From the IMG/VR virus record IMGVR_UViG_3300037119_005132, positions 1 to 63,824 of that record: DNA of 63,824 bases; one strand, given 5' to 3'. This DNA comes from a virus. Taxonomy: Duplodnaviria > Caudoviricetes. Every line of letters begins with the position of its first letter. Position 1 is the first letter of the stretch. The position numbers and the translations under genes were made by a program. The notes below the pieces were generated by a model. That model ran no database searches and had not been told where the DNA came from. It saw nothing but the letters and a program-made list of their open reading frames with translations. Below are positions 1 to 8,683 of this stretch, piece by piece.

Positions 1-6
1 AAAGGA

Positions 7-115
7 TGCCTGGCCCCCCGCCCCCCGTTGAACCGTTTCAACAACGTGTGGGGGCCCTGTGGATAACTCTCACAGCAAGTTCCCAGGAAGCTGCGCGAAA
101 GCCGCGAAATCACGC
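7..115 (+). repeat. Left copy of 109-bp terminal direct repeat
   Basis: Identical to 63713-63821 by direct comparison. Confidence 0.93.
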
Positions 116-167
116 GGATCTCGGAGCTTTCGCGGTTCCGCGCTCTTGTGGATAACTCTGTGGATAA
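58..167 (-). promoter_or_regulatory. Three perfect DnaA boxes (TTATCCACA)
   Basis: TGTGGATAA on + at 58-66, 147-155 and 159-167 equals the canonical DnaA box on -. Confidence 0.7.
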
Positions 168-588
168 CCGCCACTCCGACGGCTCCCCCGTATGTGGCGG
201 GATGATTGATGAGCGCCGCGGCTCTCCCCCGATATGGGGAGCGAGAGAGCCGTGAGCGCGTGAACCGCTCCCCCGTGAGCACAACTCCACAGTGACCAGA
301 TACCTAGCTCCCGCTCCGCGCTCCTGTCGCGATGACATGGCGCGGCCGCTCCGCTCTGGCTCTCATCCCTTACTCACAGCGCGCCACACGGTGCGAGAGA
401 GCCGCTACGCGCTCCACAGCGCTAGCGGCTTCCACTAGCGAAGAGAGAGCCGCAGAGAGCGTCACAGCGCGCTAGGTACTCACTAGACATAGCTCCCCCA
501 GAGAGAGCCGCAGAGCACAGCACAGCGATAGCGCGTAGCGCGGAAGCTGTGCCGCTCTCGCTCTCTCACGCGGGGGAGCGGTTCACCC

Positions 589-685
589 GTAAAGCTGGCT
601 TTACATGCTCCGCAGGGAGCGCGGAAAGCCAGCTTTACAGTCCACAGCGAAGCGGCTTGCTTCGCTGTAAAGCGCGGCTTTACAG
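589..685. promoter_or_regulatory. Cluster of three GTAAAG-N4/5-CTTTAC palindromic sites upstream of gene 1
   Basis: 589-604 (N4), 623-638 (N4, one mismatch), 665-685 (CTGTAAAG-N5-CTTTACAG). Confidence 0.7.
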
Positions 686-712
686 AGTCGCCACACAAGA
701 GAGACAAGAGAC

Positions 713-1594
713 ATGACAACCGAACCGAACAACACTCCGGCCGCTCCCGCGAAGAAAGAGAGCGCGCCGGTCAGCAAGTCCGCGAAGCTCACGGCCGCAG
801 ACATTCCGGCCGCAGAGTGGGACAAGCTTGTCGCCGCTACCGGCACGAGCGTTACCGCCGTCGGAAAGACAATTCGCGCGGTAGCGGCTTTCTGTCAGAC
901 ACACTCCGCGCTCTCCGCGCGGAGCATGGCGGATTACATGAGCGCTCACTACACGTCCGGCGCGCTGTCGCACACGACGATTGCACAGCACAAGAGGTTG
1001 GATGCCACGCTCACGGAAGCCGTGGATTCCGCCATGCTGTCGGATGAGTTGTATGGGAAAGCGCGCTCGCTCTTCGCGGCCGCTTCCTATGGCTGGGAGC
1101 GCTGGGAGGCCGCGCTCAAATGGGAGAGCGTTACCGCTTCCACTCACGAGGGAGAGCGAAGCGCTCTCGCTGTGCGACTCATTACCGAGACCTACAGCGC
1201 GGCTCAGAGTGACGTGGCAATCGCGGCCGCAGAGACCGCGAAAGCCGCAGAGCGCGAAGCCGCGAAAGCGAAGCGCGAGGAAGCCGCAGAGACCGCGAAG
1301 CAAGAGCGCGCGGCCGAACTGGAAGCCGCTACCGGCGCGCTCCGGGAGGAACTGGAAGCGCTGAAAGCCACGGCCGTTACGGCCGGAGAGCCTGGCTCCT
1401 GGGAAGCGCTCACGCGGCTCTTGGGAGACTTCCTCCCTCACGCGGCGGACATGCCGCGCCACACGGGAGCCGCGCTCGCGGCTCTCATGGCGGCCGCCGG
1501 GAACAACTCTCCCGGAGACGTCGGCGCGAAGCATGGCGCGGCTCCCGCGCGGAAGCCGCAGAGCAAGAGCAAGCCGCTTCCGGTAGCGGCATGA
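713..1594 (+). CDS. Hypothetical Ala-rich coiled-coil protein (293 aa), first early gene
   Basis: Long ORF with purine-rich leader and E/A/K helical segment, followed by a hairpin. Confidence 0.8.
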   Translation: MTTEPNNTPAAPAKKESAPVSKSAKLTAADIPAAEWDKLVAATGTSVTAVGKTIRAVAAFCQTHSALSARSMADYMSAHYTSGALSHTTIAQHKRLDATLTEAVDSAMLSDELYGKARSLFAAASYGWERWEAALKWESVTASTHEGERSALAVRLITETYSAAQSDVAIAAAETAKAAEREAAKAKREEAAETAKQERAAELEAATGALREELEALKATAVTAGEPGSWEALTRLLGDFLPHAADMPRHTGAALAALMAAAGNNSPGDVGAKHGAAPARKPQSKSKPLPVAA

Positions 1595-1599
1595 CATAC

Positions 1600-1626
1600 G
1601 GGGGAGCGGCCGTAAGCCGCTCCCCC
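1600..1626 (+). terminator. GC hairpin after gene 1
   Basis: GGGGGAGCGGC-CGTAA-GCCGCTCCCCC; no U-tract. Confidence 0.5.
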
Positions 1627-1732
1627 ACACTCTCCCGCGAGGGAGCCGCTCACCCGGCTCTCTCGCGGCGAGAGCGCTTCGGCGACCCCGCTGGGCTTGC
1701 AGCTTTGCTGCCGATCCATCCGGGCCTCCGGG

Positions 1733-1753
1733 CTGTAAAGCGTCGCTTTACAG
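1733..1753. promoter_or_regulatory. CTGTAAAG-N5-CTTTACAG palindromic site
   Basis: Perfect 8-bp arms, intergenic. Confidence 0.7.
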
Positions 1754-1852
1754 GCCCTATGCCTATGTCGGCCGCGACACCCGCCGCGGCCGCGCGGTCA
1801 ATGAACGAACGGCCGGACACCGTGTCCGGCCTCGCACAGAAAGGTGACGTCA

Positions 1853-2047
1853 ATGAGCGTTCCCCCTCCCCGTCCGTCCACCCTCCGGGTGATCGAGACC
1901 CCGACCCGAGTGGTCAATGAAGATTCGCCCCGCGCACCGCGCACGACGACCATCGTCGTGCGCTGGGACAGCGTGCTCACCGTCCTCGCGTCGCTGCTCA
2001 TCGGCGTCGCGATCGGCGCGAGCGTCATGACGGCGGTGACGTTCTGA
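1853..2047 (+). CDS. Small membrane protein (64 aa)
   Basis: RBS GAAAGGTG; C-terminal hydrophobic helix; TGATG coupling. Confidence 0.75.
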   Translation: MSVPPPRPSTLRVIETPTRVVNEDSPRAPRTTTIVVRWDSVLTVLASLLIGVAIGASVMTAVTF

Positions 2048-2574
2048 TGCGCGGCTTCGACAAGGCCGTCTTCGTCGGCGCGGGCGTCATCATCGCCTGC
2101 GGATTCGGCGCGCTCACCGTGGCGATGGTCAGCCCGGCGTTCGCCGCGCCGGCCGATGAGCCCGAGGCTGTAAAGCCGCCCTTTACAGGGCAGCCGGTCT
2201 GCTCCGAGTCCGTCGTCGCCGTCGGCGGCGAGTGCTGGGGACCGCTGCTCGCTCTGCCCGAGGTGCCCATCACCGACGTGCCGTGCGTGACCGAGGACAG
2301 CGACAACTGCTACTGGGATGCGACCTCGAGTGGCAACGGCGAGGGGCGTTCGTTCGTCGTCGTCGATGGCAAGCAGTTCTTCGCCGATGAGCCGGAGCCC
2401 GTCGCTCCCGCGCCGGTCGCCGCCCCCACCGGTGAGCACACCGGCACCGTCGTGCTCAACGGCGAGACCTGGCAGTACACCGACGGGTGGGACACCATCC
2501 TGTACTGCGAGCTCCCGCTCACGGTCGGCATCGACGTCGACAACAACGGCAACGAGTGGGCAGCGTGCATGTGA
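2047..2574 (+). CDS. Secreted/membrane-anchored Cys-containing protein (175 aa)
   Basis: N-terminal hydrophobic signal with AFA; coupled start and stop. Confidence 0.8.
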   Translation: MRGFDKAVFVGAGVIIACGFGALTVAMVSPAFAAPADEPEAVKPPFTGQPVCSESVVAVGGECWGPLLALPEVPITDVPCVTEDSDNCYWDATSSGNGEGRSFVVVDGKQFFADEPEPVAPAPVAAPTGEHTGTVVLNGETWQYTDGWDTILYCELPLTVGIDVDNNGNEWAACM

Positions 2575-2861
2575 TGGACGCGCTCACCATCCCCGAGGAG
2601 GGCACGGTCGATCGCTCGCCGCTCAACATCCTCGACGTGCTCTGCTCCCTGCAGGGTGACATCCTCATCGAGACGCGAGCGATCGAGCGCGAGTTCCAGC
2701 GACTCACCGCCCGGCCGCGCATCGAGGAGTCGATCATGCAACGTCTCGCCGTGCTGCGAGACGACCGCGATCGGCTGCTCACGTCGCTGCTCTGGCACCG
2801 CCAGGAGCACGCCCACATGCCCGACGACTGCGCGATCTGCGATCGGTCGGTGTCGCTGTGA
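2574..2861 (+). CDS. Hypothetical protein (95 aa)
   Basis: TGATG overlap; C-terminal H..H..CxxC. Confidence 0.75.
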   Translation: MDALTIPEEGTVDRSPLNILDVLCSLQGDILIETRAIEREFQRLTARPRIEESIMQRLAVLRDDRDRLLTSLLWHRQEHAHMPDDCAICDRSVSL

Positions 2862-2956
2862 GCGTCGTGCTCGCCACCCTGTTCGTCACCTGGGCGGGCG
2901 CTCTCGTGCCCGCCCTGGTCGGCGCCGTCGTCCTGCTCATCGGCCGTGTCCGATGA
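2858..2956 (+). CDS. Very small membrane protein (32 aa)
   Basis: GTGA overlap; VSVVLATLFVTWAGALVPALVGAVVLLIGRVR. Confidence 0.6.
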   Translation: MSVVLATLFVTWAGALVPALVGAVVLLIGRVR

Positions 2957-3017
2957 CCGGAGCAGACTTGCTCTGCACCCCACGGCTCCCGTCACTGCGA
3001 CGGTCTCGCCGAACCAG

Positions 3018-3037
3018 CTGTAAAGATCCGCTTTACA
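3018..3037. promoter_or_regulatory. GTAAAG-N5-CTTTAC palindromic site
   Basis: CTGTAAAG-ATCCG-CTTTACA just upstream of the RBS of the next gene. Confidence 0.7.
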
Positions 3038-3060
3038 CCACACCAGAAAGGCTGGCCGAC

Positions 3061-3306
3061 ATGGCTACTCTCACCCTCACTCCCCGCCACGGCAGGGACT
3101 ACCCCAGCAAGGCCGCCGTCGTCGCGGACTGGGCCGACGGCAAGGACTTCACCGTTGCCAACGCCTTCGACCCGGACAACGGCCGGCCGGTCTCGATCCG
3201 CGAGTCGAGCACGCTCGTCTCGCGTGGCATCGACGCCGTGCACATCCGGTACAAGAAGCTGACGCAGATCGCCGTCATCCCCGTCCGTCCGGTGGTCGAG
3301 TCATGA
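3061..3306 (+). CDS. Hypothetical protein (81 aa)
   Basis: RBS GAAAGG; ATG at 3061. Confidence 0.8.
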   Translation: MATLTLTPRHGRDYPSKAAVVADWADGKDFTVANAFDPDNGRPVSIRESSTLVSRGIDAVHIRYKKLTQIAVIPVRPVVES

Positions 3307-3659
3307 CCCGCCGTCGCGGGGTCGAGGTCGAGATCCTCGACCACGACAAGCTCGAGCGTGCGTGCCAGGCTCACGGTCTGGCGACCGTGAGCTACACCGG
3401 CAACGCGCTGCTCCGTCGCCTCGACGGCGGAGCCGCCGTCGTACTCAGCTACGAGGGCGTCGGCGCGACCACGCTCCGCACCGGCTGGGTCTACCTCGAC
3501 ACCGAGAGCCACGAGTGGCAGTGCCTGCCGCTCGGCGTGGTGGAGGACTGCCGTACCGGAGTCAATGAAGATCTCGCGGACTTCATCCGCACGTTCGGGT
3601 CGCGACTCGACTCGAACCACTACCGCTGGTTCCAGTGGGCGAACGAGGAGACGCGCTGA
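3303..3659 (+). CDS. Hypothetical protein (118 aa)
   Basis: ATGA overlap; high GC3. Confidence 0.8.
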   Translation: MTRRRGVEVEILDHDKLERACQAHGLATVSYTGNALLRRLDGGAAVVLSYEGVGATTLRTGWVYLDTESHEWQCLPLGVVEDCRTGVNEDLADFIRTFGSRLDSNHYRWFQWANEETR

Positions 3660-3928
3660 TGCAGATCCACGACCACAACTACCAGCCGCACCCCGAGATG
3701 CCGACCGTCAAGGTCTGCGCCGTCGAGGACTGCGGCGCCCACGAGAACGACGGGCAGGAGACCTGGCTCGGCCAGATCCTGGTCGACGGCGAGTGGGTGG
3801 ACTACGCCCGAGGCTCGTCGGCCTCGGCGACCCGCTGGGCCGACGAGGATCCAGCCGCCCGCCGCGTCGTCTACTGGACGCGCAAGAGCGTGCCGGTCTG
3901 GCCTGTCAATGAACGAGAGGCACGCTGA
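3659..3928 (+). CDS. Hypothetical protein (89 aa)
   Basis: RBS GAGGAG; TGATG coupling. Confidence 0.8.
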   Translation: MQIHDHNYQPHPEMPTVKVCAVEDCGAHENDGQETWLGQILVDGEWVDYARGSSASATRWADEDPAARRVVYWTRKSVPVWPVNEREAR

Positions 3929-4068
3929 TGTGGGTCGTCTTCAACAATGAGACCGGCTGGTCGGACGAGTCGATGCGGTTCGGCAGCAAGGGTGAGGCGC
4001 TGGACTTCATCGCCGAGCACGACGACAACGAGTACGGCGACACGTTCGGGATGAGGTACGAGCCGTGA
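3928..4068 (+). CDS. Hypothetical protein (46 aa)
   Basis: TGATG coupling; MWVVFNNETG...; not in ORF track. Confidence 0.7.
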   Translation: MWVVFNNETGWSDESMRFGSKGEALDFIAEHDDNEYGDTFGMRYEP

Positions 4069-4289
4069 CCGGCCCCGTCGTGCACCTCAGCACCGGCGGC
4101 ACCGGGTCCGCCTGCGGTCGCCGTGCGGTGGATTGGTCAGCGGACGAGACCGCCAAGGTGGACTGCGCTCGGTGCCGCGGCACCTTCCGGTTCACCCTCC
4201 GCCTGCTGGACGAGCGCGGCGAGCGTGTCCCGTCCAGCTATGGCGAGCGCGTGGCCGCACACCGCCGACGGGTGGCCCGCGATGTGTGA
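4065..4289 (+). CDS. Small putative Zn-binding protein (74 aa)
   Basis: H...CG...CxxC; GTGA overlap. Confidence 0.7.
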   Translation: MTGPVVHLSTGGTGSACGRRAVDWSADETAKVDCARCRGTFRFTLRLLDERGERVPSSYGERVAAHRRRVARDV

Positions 4290-4719
4290 GTCCTGCGTCC
4301 CCACCTGCAGCGTGCCACTGCGTCTGTCAACGAACGGCAACGAGGTCGGCCAGGTGACCCTGCTCATCGACAGCGAAGAGGCAGGCACCGTCGTCAGTGT
4401 CACCGTCGGCGCGAAGGAACTGGCACAGGCCGTGTGGACTGCGGCCAGGGATCACGAGGCCCGCGTTGCTCGGCAGAAGACTGCCGAGTGGGTGTACCAG
4501 ATGACCCTCGGCCGCACCGTCCCGAAGTTCCGAGCGAACCGGCAGATCGCGACGTCGCCGTCGAGCCTGCCGTTCCAGATGCGGCACCATCACGTCGAGT
4601 TGCTCGACACCGAGGTGCCGGCGAGCTACGACGCGGAGGTCTCGGTGATGTTCCACAACGGATACACCGCCCGCGTCCCCTTCTACGACCTCGTGCCACT
4701 GCGCGAGGACGACGAGTAG
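4282..4719 (+). CDS. Hypothetical protein (145 aa)
   Basis: ATG overlapping upstream gene. Confidence 0.7.
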   Translation: MCESCVPTCSVPLRLSTNGNEVGQVTLLIDSEEAGTVVSVTVGAKELAQAVWTAARDHEARVARQKTAEWVYQMTLGRTVPKFRANRQIATSPSSLPFQMRHHHVELLDTEVPASYDAEVSVMFHNGYTARVPFYDLVPLREDDE

Positions 4720-4731
4720 TCAATGAACATC

Positions 4732-4753
4732 GGCTGTCGGAATTCCGACAGCC
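4732..4753. promoter_or_regulatory. Perfect 22-bp palindrome with core TGTCGGAATTCCGACA
   Basis: GGCTGTCGGAATTCCGACAGCC, just upstream of RBS. Confidence 0.7.
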
Positions 4754-4774
4754 CCTCCCTGGAAAGGAACCATC

Positions 4775-6340
4775 ATGGCGAACTACTTCGACACCACCAC
4801 GCGATGGGTCGAGTCTTGCCTGGGCTACACCGACAAGCCGCTGCTCAAGAACCAGCGACTCATCGCCGAGCCCGACCGCATATTCAGCTACGGCTCGCAC
4901 TTCGAGATCGCCCGGCTGATCCGTGACCGCCGCAACCCGTCGCACTGGATGCTCAACGGCGACCGCTTCTCGAACACCACGTCGAAGCACCAGGCCGAGG
5001 TGCTGTCCGCGATCACTCGCCGTGGCGGGAGCTTCGCTCGGGTGACCATCCCGTACTCCGCACTGCAAGCCGCCGACGTGCTGCTCGACACCGTGCAGAT
5101 CATCGAGTCAACGAGCGACCGGTGGGAGGACAAGCAGGAGTACTTCTTCGAGATGCCCGACTCGGCGACGTGGCAGTACGACACCGAGACCGCCGACCTC
5201 GGCGGCTGGCAGAACAGCAAGACCGGGGAGTTCGTCGCCCGGCTCAAGATGTGGGGCGAGGCGGGGCCGAAGCGGGAGACCTGCGTGGTCTGCGCGGATC
5301 CCGTCGGCTACACCCACTTCATGAAGCGCTACCCCGACGACCGCGACCGCGCATGGACGGAGTGCCAGGAGTTCACGCAGGCCATCGAGGCGCACCGCCG
5401 CTTCTCGCATGGCGAGTGGGAAGAGATCGGCCACCACGTGCGGGAGACCGGACGGCGCAGGCTCATCTCCCGTCGTGGCTGGTCGGAGTGGGATCTCGTG
5501 GACATGCCCGACTCCCCGACCGGCGTGGCCTACGTCCGCTCGTGGCGCCGGCACTGGCTGGGTGAGTCAGTGATCAAGGCGAAGGTGAGTTACCGCGGCT
5601 GGCGCAAGTGCCGTGACTGCGAGGGCACCGGCGTGGTCGAGCCCTACTCAGAGCAGTTCGCCGACGACGAGGGCTACGGCCCACTGACCGAGCGGCAGGA
5701 CTACTACGCACCGTCGACCGAGCAGTACGTCACCATCGTCGAGGACGACATGGTCTACCGTCATCGAACGGTGGCCGCCACCCGGATGACCACGCAGTGC
5801 GCCACCTGCGGCGGCGCCCGCCGGAACCGGGTGAACCGGCAGCGTTGGGCGTACTTCCTCAGCGGGTTCGACTCGAACGAGGCACGGCCGAGCTACTTCT
5901 TCTGCGAGCTCCCGCCCAAGGCACGCCCGACCAGCGTGGCCGAGGCGTACCAGGTGCTCAAGCCGAGGGCCGTGCACCTGGCTGAGCAGGTCGGCCGCGA
6001 GGTCGAGCGGCAGGGCGACATCTTCTGGATCCCGATGCCGGACCTCACCCTCCGTGACCTGCGCAAGCAGGGCACGTACCTCAAGCGGACCACCGAGACC
6101 GAGGAGTTCGGCCCGGACTGGAACCGCACTCGAGTGACGCACTTCACCGGCGGGGAACCGTACGTGCTGTCAACGAACCACACCGTGAGTGAGCAGGTCC
6201 GAGTGGGCCGACTCACCTACGCCCGAGGGATCATGCGGCACGAGCCGGACCGCCGCCGTCCCGACCACGCCCGGATCAAGCTGGGCGACGGCAAGACCTG
6301 GGGTCTTGTCGTGAAGAACACCGTTCCGATTGGAGCCTGA
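4775..6340 (+). CDS. Large hypothetical protein (521 aa) with CxxCxGxG Zn motifs
   Basis: RBS GAAAGGA; CRDCEGTG and CATCGG; RQGDI. Confidence 0.9.
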   Translation: MANYFDTTTRWVESCLGYTDKPLLKNQRLIAEPDRIFSYGSHFEIARLIRDRRNPSHWMLNGDRFSNTTSKHQAEVLSAITRRGGSFARVTIPYSALQAADVLLDTVQIIESTSDRWEDKQEYFFEMPDSATWQYDTETADLGGWQNSKTGEFVARLKMWGEAGPKRETCVVCADPVGYTHFMKRYPDDRDRAWTECQEFTQAIEAHRRFSHGEWEEIGHHVRETGRRRLISRRGWSEWDLVDMPDSPTGVAYVRSWRRHWLGESVIKAKVSYRGWRKCRDCEGTGVVEPYSEQFADDEGYGPLTERQDYYAPSTEQYVTIVEDDMVYRHRTVAATRMTTQCATCGGARRNRVNRQRWAYFLSGFDSNEARPSYFFCELPPKARPTSVAEAYQVLKPRAVHLAEQVGREVERQGDIFWIPMPDLTLRDLRKQGTYLKRTTETEEFGPDWNRTRVTHFTGGEPYVLSTNHTVSEQVRVGRLTYARGIMRHEPDRRRPDHARIKLGDGKTWGLVVKNTVPIGA

Positions 6341-6343
6341 TCA

Positions 6344-6502
6344 ATGACCGACGAGCGCATGACTGTCGATGAGTACGACCGGAAGAAGGAACAGGCCCGC
6401 ATCCTGCGGGCCCTGGTCGACGAGACCGCTCGGCACAACGCGGAACTCACGCGATTGTCCGCCGAACTGGACAAGTACACCACCGAGGAGGTGAAGAAAT
6501 GA
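6344..6502 (+). CDS. Small coiled-coil protein (52 aa)
   Basis: RBS GGAG; MTDERMTVDEY... Confidence 0.7.
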   Translation: MTDERMTVDEYDRKKEQARILRALVDETARHNAELTRLSAELDKYTTEEVKK

Positions 6503-6669
6503 ACACCACGCTTGAGAAGCCGGCCATCATCACGGAGGCCGCACCCCTCACGATCAGCGAGACCTCCTCGCTCATCGCCCTGGCCGCGTCGTCCGAGAGG
6601 ACGGCGCGCGTCAAGGCCACCGGCCCGCGCGCGTCGCGCGGCTGGCAGCTGGGCGGCAACGTCGATTAG
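6499..6669 (+). CDS. Hypothetical protein (56 aa)
   Basis: RBS GGAGGTG; ATGA overlap. Confidence 0.7.
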   Translation: MNTTLEKPAIITEAAPLTISETSSLIALAASSERTARVKATGPRASRGWQLGGNVD

Positions 6670-6826
6670 GACTGAACCAGTCCGAACCTCTGGTCGCTTC
6701 ATGCGTGGAGCCCGGTAAGAGCGGCAGCGAACTGCCGCCACCAGAGGACTGACGTTGTCCCATGCGGCCCGCCTCTCTCCTCCATCGGGGGATGTCGGAG
6801 AGCGGCGGGTCGGGCGGACCAGCCCA
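6669..6826 (+). ncRNA. Candidate structured intergenic RNA (three-way junction plus long hairpin)
   Basis: Stems 6687-6694/6740-6747, 6696-6701/6706-6711, 6721-6727/6732-6738, 6766-6780/6797-6811. Confidence 0.45.
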
Positions 6827-6832
6827 CCCCCC

Positions 6833-6848
6833 TGTCGGAATTCCGACA
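6833..6848. promoter_or_regulatory. TGTCGGAATTCCGACA palindrome
   Basis: Perfect 16-mer upstream of RBS. Confidence 0.7.
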
Positions 6849-6866
6849 CCTCAACGAAGGAGCATC

Positions 6867-7187
6867 ATGCCCACCCCATACACCGAAGAACTCCCGGTCG
6901 AACTGACCGTGTACCGCTCGCCGCTCGACGGCGTGGTCGTGGTGCAGATCGACCAGGAGCAGAACAACGAGGACGACACCCGCATCCGGGTGTACCTCAA
7001 CGACAGCCCGATCTTCCAGGGCGACACCGAGACGACCAACGTGCTCGACCAGGACGTGGCGCGGGACGTGGCGATGCACCTCGAGAAGGCATGGGATGTC
7101 GCGAGCGTGCCGCAGTGGGAGCAGGAGAACCTGCGCATCGCCGTCTACAAGGCGATCAGCTTCCTCCGTGGGGAGAGCCGGTCGTGA
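6867..7187 (+). CDS. Hypothetical protein (106 aa)
   Basis: RBS AAGGAG. Confidence 0.85.
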   Translation: MPTPYTEELPVELTVYRSPLDGVVVVQIDQEQNNEDDTRIRVYLNDSPIFQGDTETTNVLDQDVARDVAMHLEKAWDVASVPQWEQENLRIAVYKAISFLRGESRS

Positions 7188-7495
7188 CCGAGAACAAGAA
7201 CGAGATCGCCGACGACCTGCGAGAGCGAGCACTGCGCGACAACCTCACCAAGCTCGAGTGCGCGGCGTGCTCCGAGGATGCCTGGGTCAGCGACCCGGAC
7301 ATGATCGCGAAGCTGGTCGAGCACTGCGTGTTCGACCACGGCCAGCGTCAGGGCATCATCGGCGTCAAGTGCGTCGACTTCATCTCGGCCTACGTGCTGA
7401 GCGACAGGCTCGGCGCCGCACCGACCAGCGACCACGAGGTGATGTGGCGCCACGAGCAGACCGCCGAGCACCCGACCGTCTCCGGGGAGTGGTGA
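7184..7495 (+). CDS. Hypothetical protein (103 aa)
   Basis: GTGA overlap. Confidence 0.75.
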   Translation: MTENKNEIADDLRERALRDNLTKLECAACSEDAWVSDPDMIAKLVEHCVFDHGQRQGIIGVKCVDFISAYVLSDRLGAAPTSDHEVMWRHEQTAEHPTVSGEW

Positions 7496-7758
7496 TGCCC
7501 GCCCGCACCAAGGGCAAGTGGCTCACCGCCCACGCCCTGCGCTCCGGCCTCGCCGAGCAGTGGGCCACGCAGACCGGCGGCATCACCGTCACCGTCGAGC
7601 TCCGCTGGGTCAAGGAACGAGATGAGTTCCGCGTGATGGTGATGCGCGGCCGGCAGATCGACAAGCTCACCCTCTACCCCTCCCTCGCAATGGCGAGGCA
7701 GGTCTTCATCACAGAACAGCGGCACGCCGTGTCGCCCCGAGAAAGGAACCAGCCATGA
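7495..7758 (+). CDS. Hypothetical protein (87 aa)
   Basis: TGATG coupling. Confidence 0.75.
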   Translation: MPARTKGKWLTAHALRSGLAEQWATQTGGITVTVELRWVKERDEFRVMVMRGRQIDKLTLYPSLAMARQVFITEQRHAVSPRERNQP

Positions 7759-8432
7759 CCCTGACCACCAGCGTCCGATGGGTCGAAGCCGACAGCGACT
7801 TCGAGACCGAGACGCACTACGCCGAAACCGATGACCCGCGCATCCTCGCCGTCATCCAGCGCGACCCGTACGCACAGATCAGCGAGCTCTACGACGGGGA
7901 CGCGATCAACCCCATCATCTACGTCGACCACGTCCACGGCCTCAGCTTCGACTGGGTCGCAGGCTACGACGGCGGCGAGGCTGCGCTGATGCAGCGTGCG
8001 TACGACGAGTGGGGCTGGAACGGCACCGCCCGCCGCTACCTCTGGATCTTCCACGGCATCGCGGCCGACAACGCACACGGTGGGTACGACAGGTCAGGCA
8101 ACTGGATCGTCGCCACCTCCCGCGCCTACCGCGAGCACGTCGGCATCACCGAGGAGCCGAAGACCTACGACGAGGCGCTCGAAGATGTGAAGTCCATCGC
8201 GAAGGATCTCTCCGACGCGCTGGATGGATACGTCTACGGCGTGGGATGGGCAGTCAATGAAGCTCGCCGGCTGCCGAGCGATGAGCCCATCGACCTGCTC
8301 GACGGGGAGTGGGAGATCGACATGCAGTGCTGGGGATTCGTCGGCGAGGAGTATGCCCGAACGACGGCGCTCGCCTTCGACCACGGCTCGCCCGACCTGC
8401 CGCTCATGCTCTCGATCGAGGTGTGCGCATGA
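7755..8432 (+). CDS. Acidic hypothetical protein (225 aa)
   Basis: RBS GAAAGGA; CWGF motif. Confidence 0.85.
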   Translation: MTLTTSVRWVEADSDFETETHYAETDDPRILAVIQRDPYAQISELYDGDAINPIIYVDHVHGLSFDWVAGYDGGEAALMQRAYDEWGWNGTARRYLWIFHGIAADNAHGGYDRSGNWIVATSRAYREHVGITEEPKTYDEALEDVKSIAKDLSDALDGYVYGVGWAVNEARRLPSDEPIDLLDGEWEIDMQCWGFVGEEYARTTALAFDHGSPDLPLMLSIEVCA

Positions 8433-8683
8433 ACGACGCATCACTCAATGAACGAGTCTTCGATGCGCTGATGAGCGACGGCCGGCGCACCCTCGCCGAC
8501 GAGTTCGCCGCGGCCAACGGTGGGGACGGTGACCCGCAACCCATGACCGAGAGGGAGGCGCTGACGGAGATCACGCGCATCGTGTTCGACCCGACCGTCC
8601 GGCCGGCGCGAGCGCTCGTGAAGATCATCCATGTGCTCGCCGCGGCGGGTCATGCACGAAGGAAGGAAGGGGCACTCTCATGA
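8429..8683 (+). CDS. Hypothetical protein (84 aa)
   Basis: RBS GAGGTG; ATGA overlap. Confidence 0.75.
   Translation: MNDASLNERVFDALMSDGRRTLADEFAAANGGDGDPQPMTEREALTEITRIVFDPTVRPARALVKIIHVLAAAGHARRKEGALS

Noticed and set aside
6687-6747. Hammerhead or twister ribozyme call
   Set aside because: The hammerhead catalytic core and twister pseudoknot partners were not found; kept only as unknown structured RNA.
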